A stretch of 64,000 bases of DNA from Eutreptiella sp. 'Long Island Sound 2002' (taxonomy: Eukaryota; Protista; Euglenida), in assembly GCA_964036045.1 (NCBI GenBank), contig OZ038378.1:178932001-178996000 (forward strand). The letters are read 5' to 3'. Position numbers and translations under genes: made by a program. Below, piece after piece: positions 52,821 to 64,000 of this stretch (position 1 is the first letter of the stretch; each line of letters begins with the position of its first letter). Under the pieces are notes generated by a model. That model searched no databases. It was not told where the DNA came from and saw nothing but the letters and a program-made list of their open reading frames with translations.

Positions 52821-53319
52821 TAAAGTTTCGGTGTCTTCGAGCTATTCATCTCCTTCAAAGGATGGGATTGCAAGAATCCTGAGAACACCTCCTCACGTGC
52901 TGCGAACGCAAAACGCCTGCTACAACGTTTACCACGAAATTAGACTATTATAAGTTACGCCGGGTTTGGTGTTGGTTCAAAATGCCTTTCCGTGATTCCT
53001 CGGCCTGGGGGGGGCTGACACTGGGAAGCAGAAATGGTGAACAATCATTACCGACGAGACAAATGGAATTGTGCTGTGTGCTTTCTGTAGAAGATTTTAC
53101 CGCCCTATTGACTTAAGGTAGGCCTAGCCTACGCGTGCTCTGAGCGACTCTAATATTTCATTTGCCTTGCAAAATAAACCAACTTGCAGGCCACTCATCA
53201 GCCTTTTTGGCTGTTTCCGTGTGGTATTGCAACTGTTTTCAGAGCCTTATATGTAAGCAGGCTTCCATCCTTGTGCGTCACGCGGAGCAGAGAATTTCCA
53301 GGGATTCACTTCAAACATC

Positions 53320-53840
53320 ATGGCCGACGAAGAAGAGCTTACGGAGGAGCAGATCGCCAGAAATAAAAAGAAGTTGCTTCGTCCAGATCGCAAGATAGTT
53401 GTTAAGATCTGCGACATGGACGAGGAAACGAAAGAGAATGCCATTGAGTACGCTCAACAAGGTTTGCGATAGTTGTTCGCTTCGAAGTTGCACTACATCC
53501 GGATTTCTACGGATAAGCTGAAATAACTCACACCGTGTCCATCAAGTTTGCTTGCAAAGAGCCCGCCGTATCAAGGCCCGAGTGAGGTCTGCAGTGTTTG
53601 TGCCCAACGATGTCTTCAACAGGGTTGGATGACCACAAATTGTACAAAGATGTAGCAGCACATATCAAGAGGTGCTGCGACGAAAAGTATGGTGGTACGT
53701 GGCACTGTATTGTTGGACAACACTTCGGCAGCAACGTGACGCACGATGCTTATACCATGATCAACTTCTATTTGGATAAGTTGGCCTTCCTCATCTTCAA
53801 AAGCGGCCCTCCAGAGAAGGAGAAAGAAGAATCCAGCTAA
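53320..53840 (+). CDS. Dynein light chain (LC8/DNAL4 family), 119 aa, 2 exons
   Basis: join(53320-53461, 53623-53840) with a GT-AG intron. Motifs VKICDMDEETKENAIEYA and KDVAAHIKRCCDEKYGGTWHCIVGQHFGSNVTH. Confidence 0.95.
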
Positions 53841-56800
53841 TCGGCCCCTTACGCGATGTCCCCCAGGAAGGCCCTTTTCTTGTACTGTTCAAGCATGTCC
53901 TCTTTCCGAATAGTTGCGTCTGTGTTTTCATCAATCTCACCCCTCTTAGTCGATCGAGCACACATGATGACGAGACAGAGTGGTATCGGTCATTGCACAC
54001 ATTTTGGTGTTAACATCGCTTGCATTTGAAGGTCGAAGGAAAAGATCTTGTGAAAGACGATGTCCTTCGAGTCTTTTTATCGTTTCTTGGCTAGGCTTGG
54101 TCGGACAATAGTCTTTGCAGGCAAGGAGAGCTGCGTTTGCACGTTGCACACCCAAAGAATTAGGCAAAACATCTCACCAACCTGAGCACAACATTCCAAT
54201 ACTTGAAGCCACATCCCATAAAAATATAATGCACTGTTTTCCACAGCTTCGCACTCCCACTAGGAGTTCCCACCACTTAGGAGTTCCCACCACTTGTACA
54301 CACCCAGCTACCAAAAAACAACAACAATTCTGCTGTTTCCTCCACCATTTCGCAAAAGCATGTCCACAACATGCTGGTCGTGTGTTTACCTCCTGCATAA
54401 GACTTGTGGGAGGCCCATTACAACATGCTGGTCGTGTGTACAATTAATTAGCTCACCTCAGTTGCGTTTTGCAAGCAAGCGTTTTGCAAGCAACATCCAG
54501 ACAACAAAGACTACACACGGCTGTTGTACAATTGGACCTTCTGAATAGTGTCTCCATGTGTCCAGGACACGCCAGCAGTGTGTACAAAGCAACCTGTACC
54601 CACGTGTAGCCCATAATCTAACATTCTAGGTGTCGACAAACTTGGAGCCCTTGGTGTGTACGAATTACAGACCGGATAAAAAACCTACCCAGCCGCCCTT
54701 GCAGTGCCCACACCCCACACCCAACCACAGACCATCGTATCATGCCTGGTAAAGATTGGCAGTGGACCCTCTGAATCGTATCCCTGATTTGTCCAGGACA
54801 CGCTGACGGTGTGTACAATTTTCTAATTGTAGTAGCTCATGGTGTCTACAAAGTTGTAGCCCATGGTGTCTGCAAACTTGTAGCCCATGGTGTGTACAAA
54901 GTATGGACCGTTTTAAAAAAAACTACCCAGCCGCCTTCACAGTGCCCACACCCCCAACCACCATTCCTCAGTATAGGTATAGCCTTTGCCACCCCCCCCC
55001 CCCCCCCCAAATGGCTGTAACTAGGGATTTTTGGCATTGTATACAAGTTAAATGGCGGAGGGGGGTCGATGTGTGGAGGCACAATTACAATATCCTCCCA
55101 CAGCCTTTAGCCTCTGTGAAAATATGTAGCCAGGCACACATTTAGTAAAAAAGATTTGCAAGTTAGAAAATGGGGCTGTACAAATTGTTATACTATTCAG
55201 GCCACAGTTGCATGATTTTCACAAAGTATGTTCGCATGGTGAGTTAACGGACTAAAATGTTATCCGTGCTTCGTAAATTCTTTTTTTGCGCATGGTAATC
55301 AATCTGGATGACAACAACAAGGGATGAAAAGTAAAAGCATCGTTTTTAGTTTGCGGATTATAGGACTTGGAGTGCGTTTACTTGGTTTTGGTTTTTTTGC
55401 CATGTAGCATTTTGAGTGTTTGCATCTGCTGATGTTGCTGTAGTTTGAATTTCATGCGCATTGGTGTGTTAAAGTCTCAAGTTTGCTTGTTGTCACCCCC
55501 TTTACGGCCTCAACGCTTACTTCAATGGTATCTTGTGAACCTTTTCATAAATAGTGTTTCGCCAAACCCTATGTCATTCCCATGTCGGCAAAGATTTTGC
55601 ATTGCTTTCAATAATAATGCGTGTGTTATTGGCCAATGACCTGAGGTGGCCACAGCAAGAAATCACTTTGCACAGGTTGGTAGATTAAAGCCAGGCAGAC
55701 CTGCATATTGGGGTCTTTTTGGGCCTATTAGCATACTTTACATCAAGGGGTTGGACTGTTGGTTGAACGTTTTGACAAATCATTATTTTGTCCAATAAAC
55801 GCATCTTTCAATGAATTTTTGGTTCGAACCCCCCAGATCGTGTCAGGGTTTTTTGTGAGGATTTTTCGGATCCCCTGCTCCTGCCTCTAGAGGAGCGTGG
55901 ACCTCTCAGGTCAGCCAACGAGGTGTAGGGTACTCCGTGCACCCCCCCCCCCCCTCCATAGTCATGTACAGAATAACCAGGTATCATTGTTGGCGGTAAA
56001 GGAGCTAGCATACTACAGGAAACACCTGAAGGTCCATAGTAGGTGGGTACAAGCAATCCAGTATAGCCTGACCCATAAGCAACTGGTCTTTTTGCAGGGT
56101 GCGCCGGAGGTGGCACATTCATAGGAATGTCCAAGGTGTGAATAGGTCCAGGTGGGCCACTAAGGCCTGATCCCTGTGCCATAGGCGAGTGGGTTGTTGG
56201 AGAGGATGTAGCTCGGTGTGTAAGAAGTCCTAGCGTGCCCATGGCACTATCGGCCGAGGGGCCAAACACTTCAAAAACTGTCGTTGAAGGGGAGGGCTTA
56301 GCAGCAAAGGCAGTCTCGCGTTCATGGTCGTGTGCTGCTTCGTGATCTCCTCCTTCGCCGGCTTTCTCTTTTTCTTTGCCTTCAAGTGTGGTGCCACTCA
56401 TCCCACAGGTCAGACCCGGTGCCATCGCTATCCAATATAATACATGTTGGAACAGGGGATCCAAAGTAACCAGCAGTGAAACCGGGGTGTAGCACCAAGC
56501 AATGCAACCACATAACATCTCTGTGTTGGCAAACCACGCAACATTCAATTAACGTGCTAACCAAAGGTGCACAAGGGCAAAAATTGGTGGAGACCTCAAT
56601 TACCCCGATCAGCGGTTACGGCCTTCTGGGCAATATGTCACAACCACTTGGCTGTGAAGTATGGGTAGGGAACGAAATAAACCTCGGAACCTCGGTCTAC
56701 CGCGCACTGGTCTTCCTGCCAATTGGTGGTGTTCTGTGCGCGCGGGAACTGGTCCAAAGCATATGCTCCGGGGCTCCAAAAAGATATGAATGGATCCGGG

Positions 56801-57699
56801 CTGAAGCAAAGGACTTGGGTCTATCGTGCACCGGTCGTCCCGCAAACGGGTGGAGTCCTATGTGCGCGGGACCTGGTTCGAAAAGATGCTTCGGGGCTCA
56901 ATCAGGGAAGAGATGCACGCACCTCTTGGCTCCCAAACCATGGTCGACTATGCTGCGGTCAACCTTATGATATGAAAGGATCCAACAGCACATGACCTCT
57001 TCCCACAGGACTTGGGACTGAGTCCACTCTCTCCATGGGTGCCCTGGCTAAAAAGGTGGAGAAGATTATCTATGGACTGAGCTTGACGGCGGCCGTGGCC
57101 GCCAAGGTGGGTACGCATGACTGATGACAAAAGGAAGGGGGAAACCAAATGAGACGAGAAGTGTTGTTGCACTCTTGATCACTTGACAGGGATAGTTATG
57201 GTTTCATCCTAATGCGAACTGGATGGTTCTGGAGCGGTTGAGCACTCAATTTAACACATATCTGTGGTAATCACCTGCTCACTTGGCGGGGAAGACGGGA
57301 AGAGATCAACCGATTTGATCCACTTGACTGGGCACACAAATCTATACATCCGCGTGGTGGTCATCTGCTCACTAGTCAAGGACTTTGACTTGAAGGTAAC
57401 CACCGATTGGGTCATAGCAGCTGTGCACAGTCATCCAGCACACAGGATGGTTTCATTTGAGTATGGTTGATGAGACGCAAAAACTTGTTCAAATCATGTT
57501 GCACCATTCTTGAAACACGAGCATCAGTATATCCTTCTCGCCGGAACGTGCAAGGGGCACTGTACAAAGATTTCAGTGACTTGATGGTGGGTTCCATTCA
57601 GAATACAGTAATGTCTCTGCTGATATCAATGTCAAGATCAAACTGATCTAAAATGATGAGGGACCATTCCAATGACTCAGCCGAAATGAGGATTTTTCT

Positions 57700-58340
57700 G
57701 CACCATTGTTGGTACTTCTGGTCTTACTGCGCACGCCAGGCTAGAAGTGTTGCGCGACGCCTTTGCTGCTGTAGCGCGACGCCTTTGCTGCTGTAGCGCG
57801 ATGTGTCCCCTTGCTGGCAAGTGTACACCTACAATGTCTTCACTCCTTCCTTGCCTTACCTTACTTGTAGCAGAGGCGAAGCAATGCAGCCGAGGCAAGT
57901 ACCTAAACCAGTGGTGGACAAACTCTAATGCTTTGCCTTGCATGAATTGGAGAAGTGATAGGCATTTTTAAGCGAAGGCACCATGACTTTTTCGGAAGAA
58001 AGTCTCAATTGGTTGAAAGCCAGCGAGCAGCAGCCATATTAGCAAAAGAAGAATGCTTGTCTTTCTTCAACAGCCCCCTGAAGCCTACTCTCAGTCTTGT
58101 AAATTTTGAAACAGATACACTCACAACATGGACGAGACACACTTTTTCCGTAATTTTGATACAGTGGGGTCTGCAGTGTGGGCAAGGCGAGGTCGAAAAC
58201 ATGTGGCAAGCAAAAGGGGCTGGCAGAGACAACACAGTACAGTATTGGCGTGTATTTTTGCTTCTCGGAACACCACCACATGCACTTGCAAAGGTTGTTT
58301 CGCCACATATACATGTGTTTTAAAAACGATGGAGATTCAA
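57700..58340 (+). pseudogene. Frameshifted pogo/Fot-like transposase fragment
   Basis: Across adjacent frames: FKRRH...RKSQLVESQRAAA...FF, then MDET...WARRGRKHV...QRQHSTVLACIFAS, matching the HTH-to-DDE_1 junction. Confidence 0.65.
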
Positions 58341-60609
58341 AAAGCCTTGAGTAGTCCCACCTACGGGCCGGGCGGGTTGTAAAACCAAACAAACTCATGG
58401 AAAAGTACCCATTTCAAGTGCAAGGCCCAAGGGAGTCAAAGGACAAGTGAGCTTAGCCTAGGCCAAAATAGGGGTAAATACAACCTTAAATACCCAACTT
58501 GGGTCCATTATGGGTGGGACAATGTGTATATCAATGCTATAAAACCCCAATGCCATAGAAATAAGCATTTCACTATGCTACTTTTCTAGTCAATGTTAGG
58601 TGGTACAACATTTGGTGACTGGTATAGTAGCTGGAGATTTTATCTTAAGTAAGAGGTTGTAAAAAGGTTTCCTCTGGGAATTTGTAAAAAGAAACCGCTT
58701 GAAAACCAAAATAGATACCTCTTTTCAAAAGATGTAACGTCTTAGAACCTCTTATCTTTGAAACTTGTACCATGCCCTAGAACATATACTCTTTTCAAAA
58801 CAAATAACCTCTTAGAACCTCTTACCTCTGAAACTTGTACCATGCCTTAGAACACAGGCATTCCACAATGACAATGACAACACACGTCATAAAAAGACAG
58901 CAACGAAAAACAATTGAACACTTTGGGGCCGGCTCAAATGTATGCAAACGCAAAGAAATATGTAGATATCCTCAATGTACCATGCTTGAGTGAAAAAATA
59001 GATCGTGAACCATGCAGACACTCTTTACGTATTCTTTATCACCTAAATGAACCCTTTGCTAAACCCATGTTTGTCACCATTCAATACATGTACATTATTC
59101 TGATTGCATTCGGATCTAAGAGTTTTAGGCTAGCGTATTTTCAAATTATCAGAAACACCAACGTTGCAATGCAAAACAAACGGACCTTCTTAATATCACG
59201 TTGCAAAGATAAAGTTGATTTAACATGAAACCGTCGAGAAACCAAGTACTTTTCCATCCATAGAATGTGTATTGACCTGAATTTACTACATTGATGAGTA
59301 AAACTTTTCAAAACATTCATGTCGACATGAACAATTTTGGCACAGACAACATCAAGCCGAAGGCCACATCATTCATCACGACAAATTCAAAAAAAACTTC
59401 TAATGGGGTAAAAAAATGTTTTCCGGAAGAAAACATTCCCTCTTTGCACGGCTTTGTAAACTGAAGGCCATAAAGAGGCGTACGTGTTCAACCTTTTTGG
59501 TTTTCAGACAATTCCTTGAAAAATTGCCAAAATACACCTTTCAACAATGTGTCACCTTTTCTACTGTTGTCGTCCAAAAATTAAGAATTTAATTTTTTTA
59601 CAAATATACCATGCTTGACCCTCGTGTGTCATGTGCCACACATCAACCTATTCATGGACCTTTGCTACCATATACCATTAATCTTGAAGATTCAACATAG
59701 ATTGATCCTGATCAAGAAACAATGAGTGTACACAACTAATTGACGAACTTGTAAATACTTGCCTCTCCACAACACATGCGGCAAATCCTCAACACAGCTG
59801 ATGTGGTCCTCAATGAACTGGGCTAATGCAAAGCATTTCGGTGGCACTTGGGGAGAGGCGCCCCACGCCAAATCAGCATCTGCCCAAATCTAGCAGGTAG
59901 GACATGGATAATTGAATGAGATCTGCATTAACCCATAACAACTATTTTCGTTGCTCAATCTCCACAAACATGCTCAGCAGCATGATACTCAAAAACAGGA
60001 AATCATTGGGACCTTTTTTCATCTGAAACATTGTGGACTGGTCGTGCTAATGTGCCCTCCGCAACACACTCAATCTGCAGTGCAATCCTTGAAATTCACA
60101 ACTCCCAATTCAAAAGCAACTGCATGCTTCAAAGCTTCAACCCACTTTGGTGCTTGTACCACTCTAGAAACATTCAATGATACAACTCAGTAATCTTGCA
60201 GGATGCTGTTTGCATGTGCCATCCTCAAATAATGCAGGTTCAGAGTTACTGGGGCAGGGAGGGGTTAGGGTGGGTGTGGATGCAGGCAATGGTTTTGGTT
60301 GGTAAAAAAACGGGGGAGGGGGGTTGGTACCAGCCATGTCATGCCCTCATGTCGCGCTTACTCTCTTGCCAAACCACAAATGCTGCACATTGAATAAAAC
60401 AGCGTGGGTGCCTCAAACCTCAATTGCTCTAATTTGTGGCCAAGCAAGTGCACCAGTAATCCTGAAGGTTCAATGTATGTCCGGTCTGGTCAGGAAGCAG
60501 TAACTGTACAGAGAAGCAGTAACTTTACAGAATTACCTACGGTACTTCTGAATAATCATCTCTTCACAACACACGGACTGCAGGTCCCCAGCATGAGCAT
60601 GCCTCAGGG

Positions 60610-61050
60610 TCACTGTGGTGCCTCATTGAAGCGATCCAGGGCAAAGCGCTGCAGTGGCACTTGGGGACTTGCGCCCAGCACCAAGTCCGCAGCTGCCTCC
60701 CCGATTGCAGGACCAAATTTGAACCCATGGCCACTGAACCCCCCCAACAACACTATATTGCTATGGCCCGGCACACAATACACCACAAAATCTGTGTCAG
60801 GGGTTGTTGTGTACAAGCACCGCACTACCTCTCGCTCAGTGTGGGACACGTGAGCGAAATACGTGCGTATCGCAGTGCGTAAGTGGTTGACATATGCTTC
60901 TTGGGCCTCTGGGTCTGGCGGGGGATGGGCAATCTCGTTGGGTGTGTGCAATACCAGGCCTTGCCACATCAAACCAGCCTTGATGCCAGTGTGGTCCTGA
61001 GTCTGCAACAGGGCGTCCTTCGGGCGAGCGATTTGTGGCAGCACATAGAC
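60610..61050 (-). CDS. Terminal exon of an FAD-dependent sarcosine/pipecolate oxidase-like (MSOX/PIPOX family) gene
   Basis: CLYTTTPDTDF, GGFSGHGFKFGPAIGEAAADL and FALDRF followed by a stop. Acceptor tttcatcAG lies just before 61050 (phase 0). Upstream exons were not identified. Confidence 0.85.
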   Translation of the reverse strand, partial: VYVLPQIARPKDALLQTQDHTGIKAGLMWQGLVLHTPNEIAHPPPDPEAQEAYVNHLRTAIRTYFAHVSHTEREVVRCLYTTTPDTDFVVYCVPGHSNIVLLGGFSGHGFKFGPAIGEAAADLVLGASPQVPLQRFALDRFNEAPQ

Positions 61051-64000
61051 CTGATGAAATGAGGGATGGAGGGAGGGAGACACATGGCACAGGCATAGAC
61101 CTCCAAGCAAAGGAGGGGGATCACCTGCAGTGTCTACAAAAAAGTCTCCCACTTTTTACCGAAAAACCCTACACTTGACTACAAAAAACTACTCTGGGTT
61201 CTAAAAATCCCCAAAAAGTGTACAAAAAGCCATTCCTTGCCAAACAGACTTAGACTTTACGACAAGCCCCCATCCCAGCTTCTTGAGCGAAGAGACCCCT
61301 TCTCTCACCGAAAACCCACCCATTCATTACCATAAAAAAACCCAAAGTCTACCAAAAATACCTGTTTGCACAAACCACGATGCATAAACACCTTGATGAT
61401 GATGAAAATCAACCCCTCAGTGTCAGTGCCATCCACATTACATAAAAGGCACATGTATGCACAAACATGCAGAAAAGCACGGCACTCCTTGGTCACGTCA
61501 CTGAATCAGCTTGTATGGCAAACCCCATGCACATGCCGTATGGGCAGGTTTGCTCTCACATTCAGAATAGCACCCTTGTGTAAAGCATGGGAGGAACTGT
61601 TTCCGCAGTTTTTTTTTAAGGCTTTTACCGATGTCTGCACAAGGAAAGGAGGGGGGATGTGTGCATGCACGTATAGTGTATGGTATACGAGGAGGGGGTG
61701 TGCGCGCCGTTGTACCATATCCCGTTCAGAACCATGTTTGCCCCCTTACTTGCGGCCACGGCTGGATGTAATCAACGGCAGACAGGCAATCACAAGTCTA
61801 GGATCATTACAGCACTACAGCACGTGCCAAGCCCCATCAGTGTGCTGTCAGTTACACGTGGGTATCTGGAAAGATATTTTGTTGTCATTCTACAGCACCT
61901 GTAGCCACGCATCACATGGCTTGAGCCCATGAACTCCGCCCAGAAAATTTGCCTGGGACAAGGGGTGATGATGGTCCAGCGGCAGATTGGGCCTAAGGCC
62001 TTCACAAACTTGACCATGTTGTGGTTTGCCTTTGCTATGTGCGTGGACTGTGAGCAGAGGTGAGCCACCTCCGAGCCCCTTACAAGGCACATGGGGTGAA
62101 GGGCACCCTCAGTGAGAAGGTAAGTTGACCACCCTCTGGGTTGCTTGTCAGCGGGACCTCACTGCGCTGTACAGCCACAATGCAACCCTAATACAAATAT
62201 CTTTTTCAAGCACTCTTTGTAGTGCAACTGAACACTATACAACCAAAAAAAAATTGATGACCGCCCCCCCACGCTAATGGTTGACTTGGGGGGGGGGGCT
62301 CCAAAATTCATCATCACGGGAATGACTGAATGTGAAGGGTGCTGGTGCCAGCATGAGAGGGACGGTGAGGGGCATAAGCTGCCCTTGTGAGCAGAGGGAC
62401 AGTTTTTTCACTCTGACCTGTCAAAAAGTCTTTTCCGCAGTGGCTAAGGACAAGCAATGTACACAATTTCCTCCACAACCAATAAATACATCCAGAAGCT
62501 GCAGAGAAGTACCATCCGGCACAGGAATAGCCCTCAAAACCAAGGTTACCATTCTGGTGCAGGCATTCCAAGAGTTCCCGCACACTGCGCCTCTTGGCAA
62601 ATCAGCCAAATGGAATCACACTGCTTTTGGTTGACCATGATGACTAGGAGGCACTTCAAACTGCTGATCCCAATTCTGAAAAAGAAAATTGGGTGGTGGA
62701 CTGCGTGCTCTAAGTCAAAGCACATGCCCAGATGATATACGTGCACTGGAGTTGGCTGCTTTGGTTGCTGTATTCAAGAAAGATAATGGTAAGTCCTGGA
62801 CCAGGGATTGTCCGAATCAGCAGCCCTTACTGATGCATCTCCTAAGAAACCAACTATCCCAACCGCTGCACTGTCAAGTAGGTACATACGGCATGGGAGT
62901 GCAGGGCGGGGGGGGGGGGGAGGTCTTTCTGATGGTCAACCAGCCTGTGACCCCTCACCCCACAAAAGAGAGGGACAAGCTTGTGGGGCTGTGAAGCAAG
63001 GGATACTTAGCGACTTACGGTCATACGGAATGTTGCCTTGAGTTCGCCCGACTATTGAATGTTGCATAGGCTGGTTTGGGTCAGCTCAGCTCGATCCCTC
63101 TCCAGGAACCCGATCAGCAACCTGTTGCTTGCACCTTCTTTTCAGCGGGGACTCACCCACACTTGACACCGCACTATCACTGTCGATGCACCTCCCACTG
63201 TTATCGCTGGACCCTGCACTGCGCATGGTGCAGTCACTACTGGTCCCACACTGTGGTCCCACACTGTCTCCGGATCTTCGCACTGTGACAAGCTTGGGGG
63301 GGGGGGGGGTTCAAAGTGTTTGTTGTGGACACATGCCTCAAGGCGCAAGGTGTGTGATCCTGGGAGACTGCGCTGTCCGGTACTTTCAGGTGCTAAATCC
63401 TTCTCGTTTGTGGCCCTGGGCGCAAGTATGCAGTACAAAGGGGTATGTAGGGTCCAATACCTCATGGCCATCATCTGCAAAGTAGTCAGGAATGAACGCT
63501 GGCATTGAATGCATTGAATGACTAGGCGTCCCAGCATCCGGAAGTGGCTGAAAATAGGCCACAGCCTCACGAGTAACAGTAAAGGGCAGCGTAATGCCTA
63601 ACTGCGATGCAAGACTCCCATTCCATGCACCAGCTGAAAAGCAGTGTGAAATAGGAAGAGGGTAGCGTAAGGGTTGTGGGTGCAGGCTCAGCTACAGGGG
63701 ATTGGTGGCACATACATGGCTTACATGGTTTACATGGCTGAAGAGAGCGGGTGAGGGGTGTAGCGGGGTAGCGGGGTGTAAAGTTTGCAGCGGCTTGCTG
63801 ACTTAAGCAGTGAAGGAGGGACAACAAGATTGTTGAGAACTGGACAGGGTTGGAAAAGGTTGGTGAGGGTTGATAAGTAAAGGCATTTACTTGTGTTTGC
63901 TTGACCATACATGGACCCCTTTAACCAACTCTGTCTTTGTGCCCCTGGCAGCTTGAGGGATTGGGTTGTTGCATGTACAGACATGGTTGGGGCATGAGGC

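Noticed and set aside
62300-63600. Possible upstream exons of the oxidase gene (VRVKKLSLCSQG; NWDQQFEVPPSHHG)
   Set aside because: The resemblance is weak and no consistent splice path could be built.

Overview
This is eukaryotic, repeat-rich genomic DNA with spliceosomal GT-AG introns and many G/C homopolymer runs. It is probably euglenozoan (euglenid-like); that is inferred from the gag-YR-RT retroelement type and the repeat style. I see no CRISPR array, rRNA or convincing functional tRNA gene. Four host genes can be reconstructed by hand: a six-exon Fringe/GT31-like glycosyltransferase (minus, 2990-9575), a multi-exon Lys/Ser-rich conserved protein (minus, about 49935-52820), a dynein light chain arranged head-to-head with it (plus, 53320-53840), and the last exon of a sarcosine/pipecolate-oxidase-like gene (minus, 60610-61050). 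The rest is mostly mobile DNA. (1) A 5.2-kb tyrosine-recombinase retrotransposon in gag-YR-RT/RNaseH order (VIPER/TATE-like, 15135-20318) has split direct repeats, 1.6 kb of dual coding and three in-frame TAG stops, and sits between two ~515-bp direct repeats. (2) A stack of satellites fills 21-29 kb. (3) A rearranged LINE copy has a 5' inversion (30.8-35.6 kb). (4) A pogo-like DD35D transposon has an open transposase frame (36.1-38.2 kb). (5) An apparently intact two-ORF LINE (39.8-48.6 kb) has an RS-rich ORF1, an AlkB/cupin-like segment before the endonuclease in ORF2, and tRNA-derived sequence at its 5' end. The LINE's extra modules and the YR element's architecture are the best candidates for undescribed biology. 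All domain calls come from motif recognition by eye; no database search was run.
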